A stretch of 64,000 nucleotides of DNA from Mustelus asterias (lineage: Eukaryota): positions 52,762,001 through 52,826,000 of the forward strand of contig NC_135824.1 in the NCBI RefSeq assembly GCF_964213995.1, in the 5' to 3' direction. Made by a program: the position numbers and the translations under genes. A model generated the notes under the pieces. The model did not search any database. It was not told where the DNA came from and was given only the letters and a program-made list of their open reading frames with translations. This document shows, in pieces, positions 25,191-37,658 of the stretch. The number at the start of each line of letters is the position of its first letter. Position 1 is the first letter of the stretch.

Positions 25191-28100
25191 CTTTTGCTTG
25201 ACACCTCCCGCCTAATAACGGAAGAAATTAATCCAGGAGCGCTGAGTGTAGTGAGGAGCCAATCAGGTGTCCTAAACCACTGAGGAAACGATCAAGATCG
25301 CAAGGTAATGAGGACCATTTCGACACGCCCCTTCCAACCAATCAAAATTTATATAATTGATAATTTCCTATTGCCCTTCCTATATTTGCTACGCAAATGC
25401 CATTAAACACAACGTCATAATAGCCAGAAGTGTATTTACCGATTTAATTATACTTGGATCGTTTCCATTTGATCGTATGGGCAGCACGTTGGCACAGTGG
25501 TTAGCACTGCTGCCTCACAGCGCCAGGGACCCGGGTTCGACTCCCGGCTTAGGTCACTGTCGCTGTGGGTTTGCACGTTCTCCCCGTGTCTGCGTGGGTT
25601 TCCTCCAGGTGCTCTGGTTTCCTCCCACAGTCTGAAAGACGTGCTGGTTAGGTGCATTGACCCGAACAAGCGCCGGAGTGTGGCGACTGGGGGAATTTCG
25701 CAGTAACTCCATTGCAGTGTTAATGTAAGCCTTACTTGTGACTAATAAATAAACTTTAACTTTAAAATACGTAACAGTTTCGATGGGCTGAATGGCTTTG
25801 CTTGTTCCGATGGAACTGGCTGGGGGGGATGCTCTTGAGATTGGTTGAATTACATTGGTCTTCCGTGTAACAGCCTCGGGAAGGGCTAAACGTCTCCCCC
25901 TTTTCCTTTGTATCAGGCTCGATTGGGGATACATGGTCACCTCCTCTTCCTTTGTAACAAGTTCGAGGGGCTGAATGGCCTCACCCTCTTCCTTGGTAGC
26001 AGGCTCGAGAGAGCGCTTGAGTAGCCTCATCCTGATCCGTCGACATACGTTTTCAGTCACTGAAGTCTCTGCTTGTCAAAGAACGCCCCTTTCTCTCCCT
26101 GTGGGGAAAGAAACCGCTGGGAGTGGATCAAGAGAAAATCTTGTGTTATTCTCCCCTTCTTTCTATGTACCATTTGGTCATTGGTTCATTCTTGCCTTGT
26201 CCCTTTGCTTCTTCCTAACTTTCCTCCCTGCTTAAGCAAGTCGTTTTGTCCATCTCATTAGTAACGCACAACTGGATTGTAGAATTTCTAACACATTCCT
26301 CCTCCTAATGGACTAGGAGTGACATTTCTAAGTGACATTTAAAAAATAACTGGAAACACTCAGCAGGTCAGGGAGTCTCTGTGGAGAGAAAAACCGAGTT
26401 AATAGTTCAGACCAGTGACATTTCATCAGAACTGATATTTCTTTCTCCCTCATCTGGTTATCCGGCTCCACAAATCATTAAAAACGAAGAGGACAAAAAG
26501 GATCATGAAATGTTTTCCAAAGATAAATTTTGCATCCAGGAAACTGGAATACAGTTCCAAAATGGAGGAAGTCCTACTTGAGTTGTTACAGAACTCCGGG
26601 CAGCTGGAACACCTCGTTCAGTTTTAAGCAGCACATTTAGCAAAGGTGATTGGGGCTTAGAGAGAATGCACAGTGGAATATACTGAATACTTTTGGGGCT
26701 TAAAGTGTTAAATCATGAGGACAGTTCATAAAAGGTTGCCTGCACTCCGCTGAGTATAAAGAATTAAGGAGTGAACTCATTTAGTTATTTTTAGCCCGTT
26801 TCAAAATGGTTGATAATGTGGAAATAACAATATAATTTCCTGTGGTGCCGTCGTCCAGATCAAAGACGGATAATCCCAAAATTAAAGACAACGTCTTCAG
26901 ACCATAACACCTGGGGAAACGTAAAGTTTAAAATTTATTTATGATGTGGAGATGCCGGTGTTGGACTGGGGTGGTTAGAGCAAACAGTCTCACAACACCA
27001 GGTTAAACTCCAACAGGTTTATTTGGAATCAAGAGCTCTCGGAGTGTTGCTCCTTCCTCAGGTGAATGTTGATATGCGCGATCTTCTTGGAGGTCCTCTC
27101 CTCTTTGAGACGGCGGTTTGCCGTGTCAGTAGTAGCCATGATGTGGGGATGCCGGCGTTGGACTGGGGTGGGCACAGTAAGAAGGCTCACAACACCATAT
27201 TAAAGTCCAACAGGTTTATTTGGAATCACGAGCTTTCGGAGCGCTGCTCCATCCTCAAGTGAGTGACACACTCACTTTGACTTTAACCTGGTGTTGTGAG
27301 ACTTCCTAAATATTAACTCTGCAATGAAGTTACTGTGAAAACCCACTAGTCGCCACACTCCGGTGCCTGCTTGTGTACACAGAGGGAGTATTTAGCATGA
27401 CCAATGCACCTTAACCAGCACGTCTTTCAGACTGTGGGAGGGAAGCGGAGCACCCGGAGGAAACCCACGCAGACTCGAGGAGAACGTGCAGACTCCACAC
27501 AGACAGTGACTCAAGCACGGGAATCGAACCCGAATGCCTGGCGCTGTGAGGCAGCAGCGCTTGTCACTGTGCCAAGATGTGCAGTTCAAATTCAAATGAT
27601 AAATCTGAATTTGAAAGCTACTCTCAGTAATGGTGCCCATGAAACTATCACGGTATATTGTAAATACCCACCTGGTTCACTAATGTCCCTGTAGGGAAGG
27701 AAATCTGCCGTCCTCACGACCGACACGTCACTCCGGATCCACAGCAATGTGCTTGACTTCAAACTGCGCTAATGGTCTATCAAGCCCATCATTTCAAGGG
27801 CGATTAGTTATGGGCAACAAATCCTGACCTTGCCGTCGGCACCCACATTAAATCAAATATTTTAAAAAACGTCTTTATTCAAAAGGTAGTGGAAGTGTGG
27901 AACATCCACCAGATACATCACTGTCTTATGCTCACGGTTTCCTCAATGATTTGTGATGAAGAGTTAAACGGACTCGAAACGTTAAATATTTTTCTCTCAC
28001 GACAGATGCTGCCAGACCTGCTGAGGCTTCCCAGCTTTCTCTGTTTTGCTCCTGAACTATTTGTTTTGCTCAGAATCAAATTCACCCACACGTGGAAACC

Positions 28101-29391
28101 AGCTCCCTCTGCTGACTGAATTTGCTCACTCCCTCAGCAACAGGATGTACTGAAATTCGACTGCAGCAGCATATCCTTCTATTTCTCTCTTCCACGTGTC
28201 TTTATGCAACTTCTCCTGAAAAGCAAATACGCTACTCACCCCAATCCAACTTCGAAGCAGCGAGGTTCGCAATCCACATTCTTAAGAGTATTGATAGGCA
28301 GAGGGAACTGGGTGTACAGGTACACAAGTCACTGACAGTGGCAACGCAGGTGGAGAAGGTAGTCAAGCAGGCATACGGCATGCTTGCCTTCATCAGTCGG
28401 GTCATTGAGTTTAAAAATTGGCAAGTCATGTTGCAGCTTTATAGAACCTTCGTTAGGCCGCACTTGGAATATAGTGTTCGATTCTGGTCGCCACGTTACC
28501 AGAAGGATGTGGAGGCTTTGGAGATGGTGCAGAAAAGATTTATCAGGATGTTGCCTGGTATGGAGGGCATTAGCTATGAGGAGAGGTTGGAGATATTAGG
28601 TTGTTCTCACTGGAACGACGGAGGTTGAGGGGCGACCTGAGAGAAGTGTACAAGATTATGAGGGGCATGGACAGATGGATAGTCAGAAGCTTTTTCCCAG
28701 GGTGGAAGAGTCAATTACTAGGGGGCATAGGTTTAAGGTGCGAGCGGCAAGGTTTAAAGGAGGTGCACGAGGCAAGTGTTTTACACAGATGGTGGTGGAT
28801 GCCGGGAGAGGTAGTGGAACGAGATACGAAAGTGACATTTAAGGGACGTCTTGACAAATACATGAATAGGATGGGAATAGAGGGATACTGTCTCTAGAAG
28901 GGTAAGGGTTTTTATTTCAGTCGGGCAGCATGGTGGGTGCAGGCTTGGAGGGCCAAAGGGCCTGTTCCTGTGCTGTAATGTTTTTGATCTTCGTTCTTTG
29001 TTGTAAAAACAATTTCTACACAATTCCCAGTTAAATGTATGAATGCCGATCTTTTATTTATGAGGCCTTGTGTTGGTCTTTCACTCAAGTGAAAATATGT
29101 TCCCTCTGTCTAATCCATTCAACCTCCAAATTATCTATCAGGTCCACTTCAAACTTCTCTTCAGTCGAAACGAATATGGGCAGTCTTCCCAATAAGTTAC
29201 AATCCCTCAGTTCTGGGAACATCCTTGCGAATATTCCCTTTCACCTTTTCCAGTGTTCCTCAAACTAATCGGTCATTTTCATTGTAACCCTTGACTTTTA
29301 TTGTCAATAACATGTTCACTCGACAAGACAACATGGTGAGGCGAACCACCGCGCAGAGTTGTCAGCGACAGCTGTTTCCTGCTGCCTTTGG

Positions 29392-29903
29392 GGTTTTTGT
29401 TGAGCTGCTCCATCTCTCTGCGCCACTGTGACTACTCCAGGCGCAGTAATACACGGCCGAGTGATTCGTCAGCAGGCTGGTGGCATTTAGGTTGAACTGA
29501 TTCATATTCGGTCTCACGGCGGTGAAGCCGTCCACCGTCCCTTCTGAATTCACGTTTTGTGCAGTTGTAGAATAAAACATCAGCTGCAGCCCGCTGCCCG
29601 GAAATTGTCTGTACCAGTACATGTAACCGCTACTGGCTCCCTTAGCTTCACAATCCAATTTCACTCCATCCCCAACGAGTTTGGAGACAGCGGCGGGGGT
29701 CTGATGGATCTCCACTGAGTTCACATCTGGAAAAGAAATGGGGTGGGTAGGAGGTTAATAAATAGTGAAATTCTGGTGGTGAAACAGCAAAAGGAAATAA
29801 AAGACACTTGAGGGAGAAGGAAAGGAAATCATAAGAGATTGTTGTCCAGAAAAAAACATGACTTACATTGAAATAACACCGTGAGGCCTAGTAACACATA
29901 CAT
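29392..29903 (-). CDS. TRBV: V4-B: functional TRBV30-like V segment (leader 29867-29903, V exon 29431-29726, RSS 29392-29430)
   Basis: Open exon ending YYCAWSS, consensus heptamer and nonamer, canonical splice sites. Confidence 0.93.
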
Positions 29904-32379
29904 CTTTAATGTTAACCTTTTGTTGTGTTCGAAAAATATGCGGTAACACTCGAGACCAGTATTCTGGTGAGTCAACTCGGCGTCTGTCAAATCATTGAGA
30001 AAACCTGAAGGGCCAAAGGGAACCCCACCCTCCCTGGCAGAAAGACACGCCCTATTTCTATGATTCGCTGAAAGTGGGAGCAGGAAATGCCAAAAGGGGC
30101 AGAAACAAATGAAGCGAGTGTGCAAAGAAAACGGATAAAATATGAGCGAGAGATTCAGCAGGTCTGACAGCACCTATGGAGAGAGAATAGGGCCAACGTT
30201 TCGTGTCTGGATGTCACCATCGTCCGCTCTGAAAAAGGGCAATCCAGGCTCGAAACGTTGGTTCTATACTCTCTCCGCAGATGCGGTCAGGCCTGCAGAG
30301 ATTATCCAGCATTTTCTGCTTTTGTTTCAGATTCCAGCATCCGCAGTATTTTCCCTTTGGACAAAATGTGACATCGCCCTAAGCAATTTAGAGTGGCGCA
30401 TCTTCTAACTGGCGAGAGGATCTGTGGCGAAGGAAAGGAATTCAGCGCCCTAATTAACTAAAACCAGCCAGGCCTCGAAAAAACGGACTTCAAATTCTAA
30501 TCGAATGCTCGCATTTGCGCCATGGAAACTGGGATATCAATGCGGCGAAGTTTCCTTAAATTGTAACAGAACTCTAGAACACTGGGCTCAGATCTGGGAA
30601 GGCACATCCAAACCAACGACATAACACCCACATCCAGGGGCGGCACGGTGGGCACAGTGGTTAGCATTGCTTCCTCACAGCGCTGGGGTCCCAAGTTCAA
30701 ATCGCGGCTTGGGTCACTGTCTATGTGGAGTTTGCACGTTCTTCCCGTGTCTATCTGAGTTCTCTCTGGGTGCTCCGGATACCGCCCACAGTCCGAAAGA
30801 TGTGCTGGTTCGGTGTATTGGACATGCTAAATTCTCTCTCAGTGTACCCGAACAGGCGACGGGTGGATTTTCACAGTAACTTCATTGTAGTGTTAATGTA
30901 AGCCTACTTGTGACACTAGTAAATAAAGAAGGATGTAGGGATTGCTGGGAAGGATTGCAAAATAGATTCACCAGCATGATATGGGGGCTTGTTTTACAAT
31001 CCCGGGCGTCGCTGACAAGGGCACGAAACGTTGCGCATCCCGAATTGCCCTTAAAAACTGAGTGGTATTCCAGAGGGAAGTAAAGAGTCAACCACATTGA
31101 TCTGACGTCAAATGCTTTTAGAATAATCGACAATTATTCCGCGGTCACCATTACTTAGACCGGCTTTCAATTTCAAACTTTGTTTTTTGTTAATTCAATT
31201 CAAATTCCATTGGCTGCCAAGGTGAGCCCTGAACATTGCCCGCAAGAGCCCGAACTGCTGGACTAGTGACCCAGTGACAGTAATACTACACCACGGGCTG
31301 CACCGACATCAACCAATAAAGCATAAAGACAAGTTCCTTCAGCTTGTCTGCCTTCCCCTGTGTTCAGCAGGTTGAGGGAGGGGTGAACGTATTTGCATTT
31401 TTAGTATTTCAGAAGGAGAATTTATGGTCAACTGAATAATGTCCTGCAGAGTTGGGAGACAGCACCATACACTGTCACAATTAGAATCATAGAAACTCTA
31501 CAGTGCAGAAAGAGGCCATCTGGCCCATCAAGTCTGCACCGACCACAATCCCACCCAGGCCCTACCCCCACATCCCTACACATTTACCCGCTAATCCCTC
31601 TAACCTACGCATCTCAGGACACTAAGGGGCAATTTTAGCATGGCCAATCAACCTAACCCGCATATCTTTGGACTGTGGAAGGAAACCGGAGCACCCGGAG
31701 GAAACCCACGCAGACACGAGGAGAATGTGCAAACTCCACACAGATAGTGACCCAAGCTGGGAATCGAACCCAGGTCCCTGAAGCTGTGAAGCAGTCGTGC
31801 TAACCACTGTGCTACCGTGCCGGAAGTAGTGCCGAACCATTCAGAGGAGAGGTCACGAAACGTTCCTTCACACAAACGGTAGGGGAATTCTGGAACACTT
31901 TCCCCCACAGAGAATGGTCGAAGGCTGATGCTCAATTGGACATTCCAAGACTAAGACTGGTGTAGATTTCTTGGTTAGTGCGTTGAAAAAGTGGGCTAAA
32001 GGTGGGCGAGTATCGATAAGCTATGATCTCATTGTAAAGCATTGCGGTAATGTCACTCGACTGGTAATCCAGAGGTTAATGCTCCTCGGGATATGGGCCC
32101 ATATCCAACCACGGCAGTTGGTGAAATTTCATTAGTACCTATCTGGAACCGTGAGCAAGGAAACATCAAGCTGATTGCCACCTACTGCCAGCAACCCACT
32201 CTGCAATGATAAATCAGTTCTCATCCATGTCGGAATGTCTGTTGGCACTCTCAGTGTGGCAAGAGCGCTCACTGCAACCTGGATTTGGATTTTCAAATCC
32301 CAGCAACATTGCAGCTTGGTCGCACCATCACTGGCCCAATCGTAAAGATCATAACTGATAATCTGAGGCTGCAAGAGGC

Positions 32380-33780
32380 GTTGAGAGGACCAATAAGAGA
32401 GCAAAGCCTATTTGACTTCGTCCTTACCAAGTCACAATACTAATAGATTGCAAAAAGATCTGGTGGATCAAAACAGAGCATCGATGAGGCATGGTGGGTC
32501 ACCGGCAGCAGTAGAATTGTATACAACCACAATCTGCAACCTCACTCTCCCATTACCATCCAGCTGCATGATCATTCCGGGAGTTTAATGAAGCGTGTAG
32601 GAGGGCCTGCCAAGATCAGCACCTGGCATAGGTTAAGTGAGGTGTCAACCTGGCGAAGCTACAACACAGGATTACTTGCACGCCAAATTGCGAACCAGCT
32701 TTAAAGTACAGAACTTAGCGAACCCACAACTGACGGATCTGCTCTGCAATCCTGCTCTGCAACCTATCACGAATGCTGGTAAGACAATCGAACAGATAAC
32801 GGGAGAAGGAGGCTCCACTAACATCCCCTCCACAATGATGGGGAGGCCAGCCAATTCCGTGCAACAGATCAGGCTGAATCATTCGCAAAAACCTTCATCC
32901 AGAAGTACCGAGAGGAAGATCCATCACGTCCTCCCCAAAATGTCCCAGCGTCCCAGCAGCCAATTCCCTTCACTGCATGTAATATCAAGAAACGGCTGAA
33001 GGCACCGAATGCTGAAAAGACTATGAGCCCTGACAACATTCTAGCAATCAAGACTTGTGCTCCAGAACTAGTTGCTCCTCTGGCCAAGATAGTCCAGTAT
33101 AGCTTCAGCACTGGCATCTATCCAGCTATGTGCAAAATTGTTCAGGTAAGTCCGGGCAACAAGAAGAAGGACAAATACAACCAAAATAATTACTGTCCCA
33201 TCTATCTATTCTCAATCACCAGCAAAGTGATTGAAGATGCCGTAGAAAGTGCGACCATGCGCTACTTTCACAGCAATAACCAGTTAACCCGCACACAGAA
33301 TGCATTCCTTAAGTTCACTCAGATTCTGTTTTTATTACAGTCTTGATCCAAGTATGGGTACAAGAGATGAATTCAAGAGGTGAGTTGAGTGTGATTGACC
33401 TTGACAATTGCCTGAGATCAAGAAGACTGGCGAAACTGAAGTCAATGGAACTAGGGAGAATCTCTTCACGGCTGGAGTCATACCGAGTACAAAAGGAAAC
33501 GCTTGTAGCTCAGCCATCTCAGTCCGAGGCCATTGCTGCAAGTGTTCCCCGGGCCAACCATCTTCAGCTCCTTCATTACTCCGCCTCCCTCCATCATAAG
33601 GTACGAAATGGGGATGTTCACTGATAATTACACAATGTTCCGCACCATTCATGACTTTTCAGTTACTGAAGCATTCCTATAGGCAGCAAGATTTGGACAA
33701 CATTGAAGCCTCGGCTGACGAGTGGTACGTAATATTCGCGCCTCACAAGTGGCAGGCAATGACCGCCTCCGAAGAGAAAT
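32380..33780 (+). mobile_element. Decayed LINE (CR1/L2-group) RT fragment
   Basis: SPDNILAIKTCAPELVAPLAKIVQYSFSTGIYP...NYCPIYLFSITSKVIE; many stops; ends approximate. Confidence 0.75.
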
Positions 33781-34863
33781 AATCCTTCAGTTCCTCTGTT
33801 CCAATTAAGCCGTGTTCTCGGAATCGATGTGTTTATTGGTGCCGGAGCGCCCTCATCAGGCGTTGTGGGGAAAGACAATATAAATTCTGTATAAATTGTT
33901 TTCTTCGGTCTTTTTTTCCCCATCGTTCCCCTATTCCTTTTTATATGCCTCATCCAGAACGTACTTGACCTCTCCCTGACAACCAGCGTCAACTGAATGT
34001 GTTCCTCACTTCAGTACAAGATGGGTAGCTGTTTCACTGTATCAGCATACCTTTCTATTGCTTTCTTTTTTTTAAATATTAATTCATTCGTGGGAGATGG
34101 GCGTCACTGGTGGGCCAGCAATTATTGCCCATCCCTAGTTGCCCGAGGGCAGTTGAGAGTCAACCACATTGCTGTGGCTCTGGAGTCACATGTAGGCCGG
34201 ACCAGATATGGACGGCAGATTTCCTTCCCTAAAGGGACATGAGTGAACCAAACAATCGACAATAGTTTCATGGTCATCAGTTAATTCTTAATTCCAGTTA
34301 TCTTTTATTGAATTCAAATTCCACCATCTGACGGAATTCGAACCCGGGTCACCCAGAGCATGAGCTGAGTTTCTGTATTAATAGTCCAGCGATAATACCA
34401 CTCGGCCATGACCTCCCTCTTTATCCAGCTTCCACCGTAAAAACATCGGTGCTACTCGCCTCAAACCACACCTAGTGGCAGCGAGTTCCACACTCTCAGA
34501 CTTCCTGTGTTAAGACTCTCCCTAATTCGCAGTGAAATTTATGAGTAATACATTTCATTTACCAAGTTTCGTTTTGACCTTCCACTCAAGTTCTCTATAT
34601 CTGACCTATCAACCCCCTGTAAGAAGTTCATGACCTCTATCAGGTAGGACAAGTCCCGTCTTTCCTGATAATGTAAAATTCTCAGATCTGATAGCATCTC
34701 TGCTAAATTTCATTTTCACCTTCTCCAGCGCTCCTGAAACGAATCACTTACTTTCCATTCTAACGCTCCTTCCGATTGTCCAAACCATCTTCGCTCTGCA
34801 AAGGTGAATCACAGTGGCTCCAAACACCCCCGCAGTTTTGTCCGATCATCCTGCTGCCTTTGG

Positions 34864-35359
34864 GGTTCTTGTTGAGCTGCTCCATCTCTCTGAGTCACTG
34901 TGAAGACTCCAGGCGCAGTAATACACGGCCGAGTGATTCACCCGCAGGCTGGAGGAATTCAGGTTGAACTTGGAGCCACTCGGTCTCTCGGCGCTGAAAC
35001 TGTCCACCGTCCCCTCTGGATTTACGACGTTGGTACCTACGGAGTAAAAGATGACCTCCGGCCCCTCTCCCGAGTTTTGTCTGTACCAGTACAGGTTCGG
35101 ATTACTGGTCCCGTCCACAATGCACGTCAGGTTCGCACCCTCCCCAGGAAATTTGGAGACCGCGGCGGGTGTCTGACCAATATTCTGCGAGTCCACTTCT
35201 GGGAAAGAGAGAGGGAGAGGAAGTCAGTAAATGAGAACATTGTGAGCAGCGAAGAGAGAAAAAGAGGACAAACAGTGAAAGACAAGATTATTAATGATTA
35301 TTCTTTGAAAGACGTTTCTTACGGTGAAACCAGACGATTAGTCCCAGCAACAAATGCAT
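34864..35359 (-). CDS. TRBV: V5: functional TRBV30-like V segment (leader 35323-35359, V exon 34903-35198, RSS 34864-34902)
   Basis: Leader MHLLLGLIVWFH; exon contains GTSNPNLYWYRQ...FYSVG...YYCAWSL; RSS cacagtg-23-acaagaacc. Confidence 0.94.
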
Positions 35360-36624
35360 CTTTATTAGGAATTTCTCTTTCGGTAAAAAAGGTGTAACAG
35401 CAAGAGTTGTGTGAGGACCCGCTCTTTTTATATAATTGAGAGAAACAATGTGATGTTGCAACGTTTTACACGCCCTCTTCCTCGGTCAAACCAATCGGAA
35501 TGGCTGAGCTGCTAATTACCAGTGATTGACAGGATTGACTGCGGTTACATTCTCAGGAACTGCATCCGTCACTCCGCATTTAACCTAACTCAATAATCTG
35601 AACTATAATTGATCGGATCTGGGTTCCCCAGAAACCTCACCGAATCCAGATTTACATTCACCATGTGACAATTGCCTAAGCAATTGAACCACATTGCTCG
35701 AGAAAAGGCCTTCAGAAGCCAGACGCAGAGAACGCAACATGGGGAGTTACACATCACCATTGGCTCATTATTTTGCCCTATGATGACCAAGAGGATTGAA
35801 TGGTCCCGCCCTGAGAGAGGCCCCATTATATTCAGGATGCAGTTAACTCATGCTCCCTCAGAGGCGCCAATCAATGAAATCGGTTGTGAAAATTCGCAGA
35901 CGTGGAGTTCTGTGTATGGGTGAGCTTGTATCGCATGTATCTCTGTTTGTCTCTCTCCCTCTGTCGTTCCCTCTCTGTCCCACACGTCACTCTCTGCTTC
36001 TCTTTCTTTACGTACCTTCTCTCTGCCTTCCTTCAAAGTAAGGTTTAATAGTCATGAGTAAGGCTTACATTAACACTGCAATGAAGTTACTGCGAAATTC
36101 GCCGAGTCGCCGCACGCCGGCGCCTGTTCGGGTCAATGCACCCTAACCAACACGTCTTCCGGACTGTGGGAGGAAACCGGAGCACCCGGAGGAAACCCAC
36201 GCAGACACGGGGACAACGTGCAGACTCCACACACCCAGTCACCCAAGTCGGGAATCGAACCGCTGTGAGGCAGCACTGCTAACCACTGTGCCACCGCGCC
36301 ACCGTACCTCCATTTCTGTCTATCAATCCATCTCACTCACCGTCCTATCCGCCCCCCTCTCCATCTCACTCGCTTCACCTTTCTAATTCTGTGTCTGCCA
36401 GTCTTTCTCTTTCTACATGTCTAGTTGACTTCTTGCTCGCTCTCTCTCTGCATCGTTCTCTTTTTCTTCGTCTTATTCGTGCGCGTTTTCTTTGTGTCTC
36501 TCTCCGCTGTGTTGCCATCTCTGGCTTGTTCTGTCTCCCTTCTTCAATCCCTCTCTCTCCATTTATCCGCCTGTCGTTCCCTTTTTTGTATAACTTGCCT
36601 GGTTGCTCTCTCTTTCTGGTCTCC

Positions 36625-37658
36625 GCTTTTTGTACGACGCATCTCGCCTTTTACTGCGCTGTGCCTTACTACAGGCGCAGTAAAAGACGGCTGAACGTGA
36701 CAGATTGGCCGACGTCAACAGAAAGAGCATGTCGCTGGGCCTCCGGGCTGTAAAGGGCTCCTTGGTGTACGGAGTAACGTCTCCCTTGGCGATAGAAAAG
36801 AACAGGGCTTCGGGTTGCGAGTCGGGATACTGGCGGTACCAGTACAGATAGCTGTAGCTGGATTCGTTCAGCACACAGCTCACCTGGAATGGCTCACTCC
36901 CCGACACCGTCAGAGACACCGGGTCCTGTTCCACAAAAGAGCTTCTGTCCCCTGTGAAACACAGAGTGAGATTCAAACTCAGAATATAATTAAATACTAT
37001 CTTCCTGTATATAGATGTGTTTCCTACCCGCTATCTCTCCTCCTTTCTCTATCTCTTCACCTCTGCTTACTCCCTCTGCCTATGTTTCTCCTTCTCTCTA
37101 TATTTCTATGCCCTCCTTTTCTCTCTCTGCCATTTAGTCTATTTTCTTCCGTCTGTTTTGTTTCCTCTATCGATGTTTCCTTTACTATCTCTCTTGTATC
37201 ATCTCACTCGGTATGTACATGCTCCCCCTCTCTTTCTCTCTCTGCCTCTGTCTGTCTCCATCTCCTCTGCCCTGTATCTCTCCCTCACTCTCTATTAATT
37301 CCTCAGTCTCTATTAATGTTTCTTACTTTCCCCTCAGTATGTCTGACTCTCTGTTTCACTGCCTCAGAAACGCCGTTTTTCTCTCTATCCCTGTACCTTT
37401 AAATCCCTATTTCTGCCTTCCTCTGAATATCGTGCTCTCGCTCCCAAACCCATTATTCCTGCAGCTGTCTCTCTCTCTCTCTCTCTCACTATCTCTCCTC
37501 TCATCCTCCCTCGCTCTATATTTATCTCATTCCCTCGCTCCAGGAACACAAACTGCGTTGAAAGTAATCGGGTGCTGACCGGAGCTGCTCTCCACACTCA
37601 GACAATGAAGGACGATTGTCAGACACACGGCTCCACGGTCCAGCAGTCTCAAGGCCAT
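36625..37658 (-). CDS. V6: divergent TCR V segment, apparently functional (leader 37580-37658, V exon 36664-36951, RSS 36625-36663)
   Basis: 79-nt phase-1 leader MALRLLDRGAVCLTIVLHCLSVESSS with gtcagc donor; exon ...YLYWYRQ...SAVFYCACSK; RSS cacagcg-23-acaaaaagc. Confidence 0.85.

Larger units (their letters stand above)
16458..32517. repeat. Tandem segmental duplication, copy B; carries V1-B, V2-B, V3-B, V4-B
   Basis: Same gene order and repeats as copy A; identity ends at ...accggcagcagtagaat (16457 = 32517). Confidence 0.95.

Noticed and set aside
36815-37578. Long hydrophobic plus-strand ORFs
   Set aside because: Translation of CT-rich low-complexity sequence in the V6 intron
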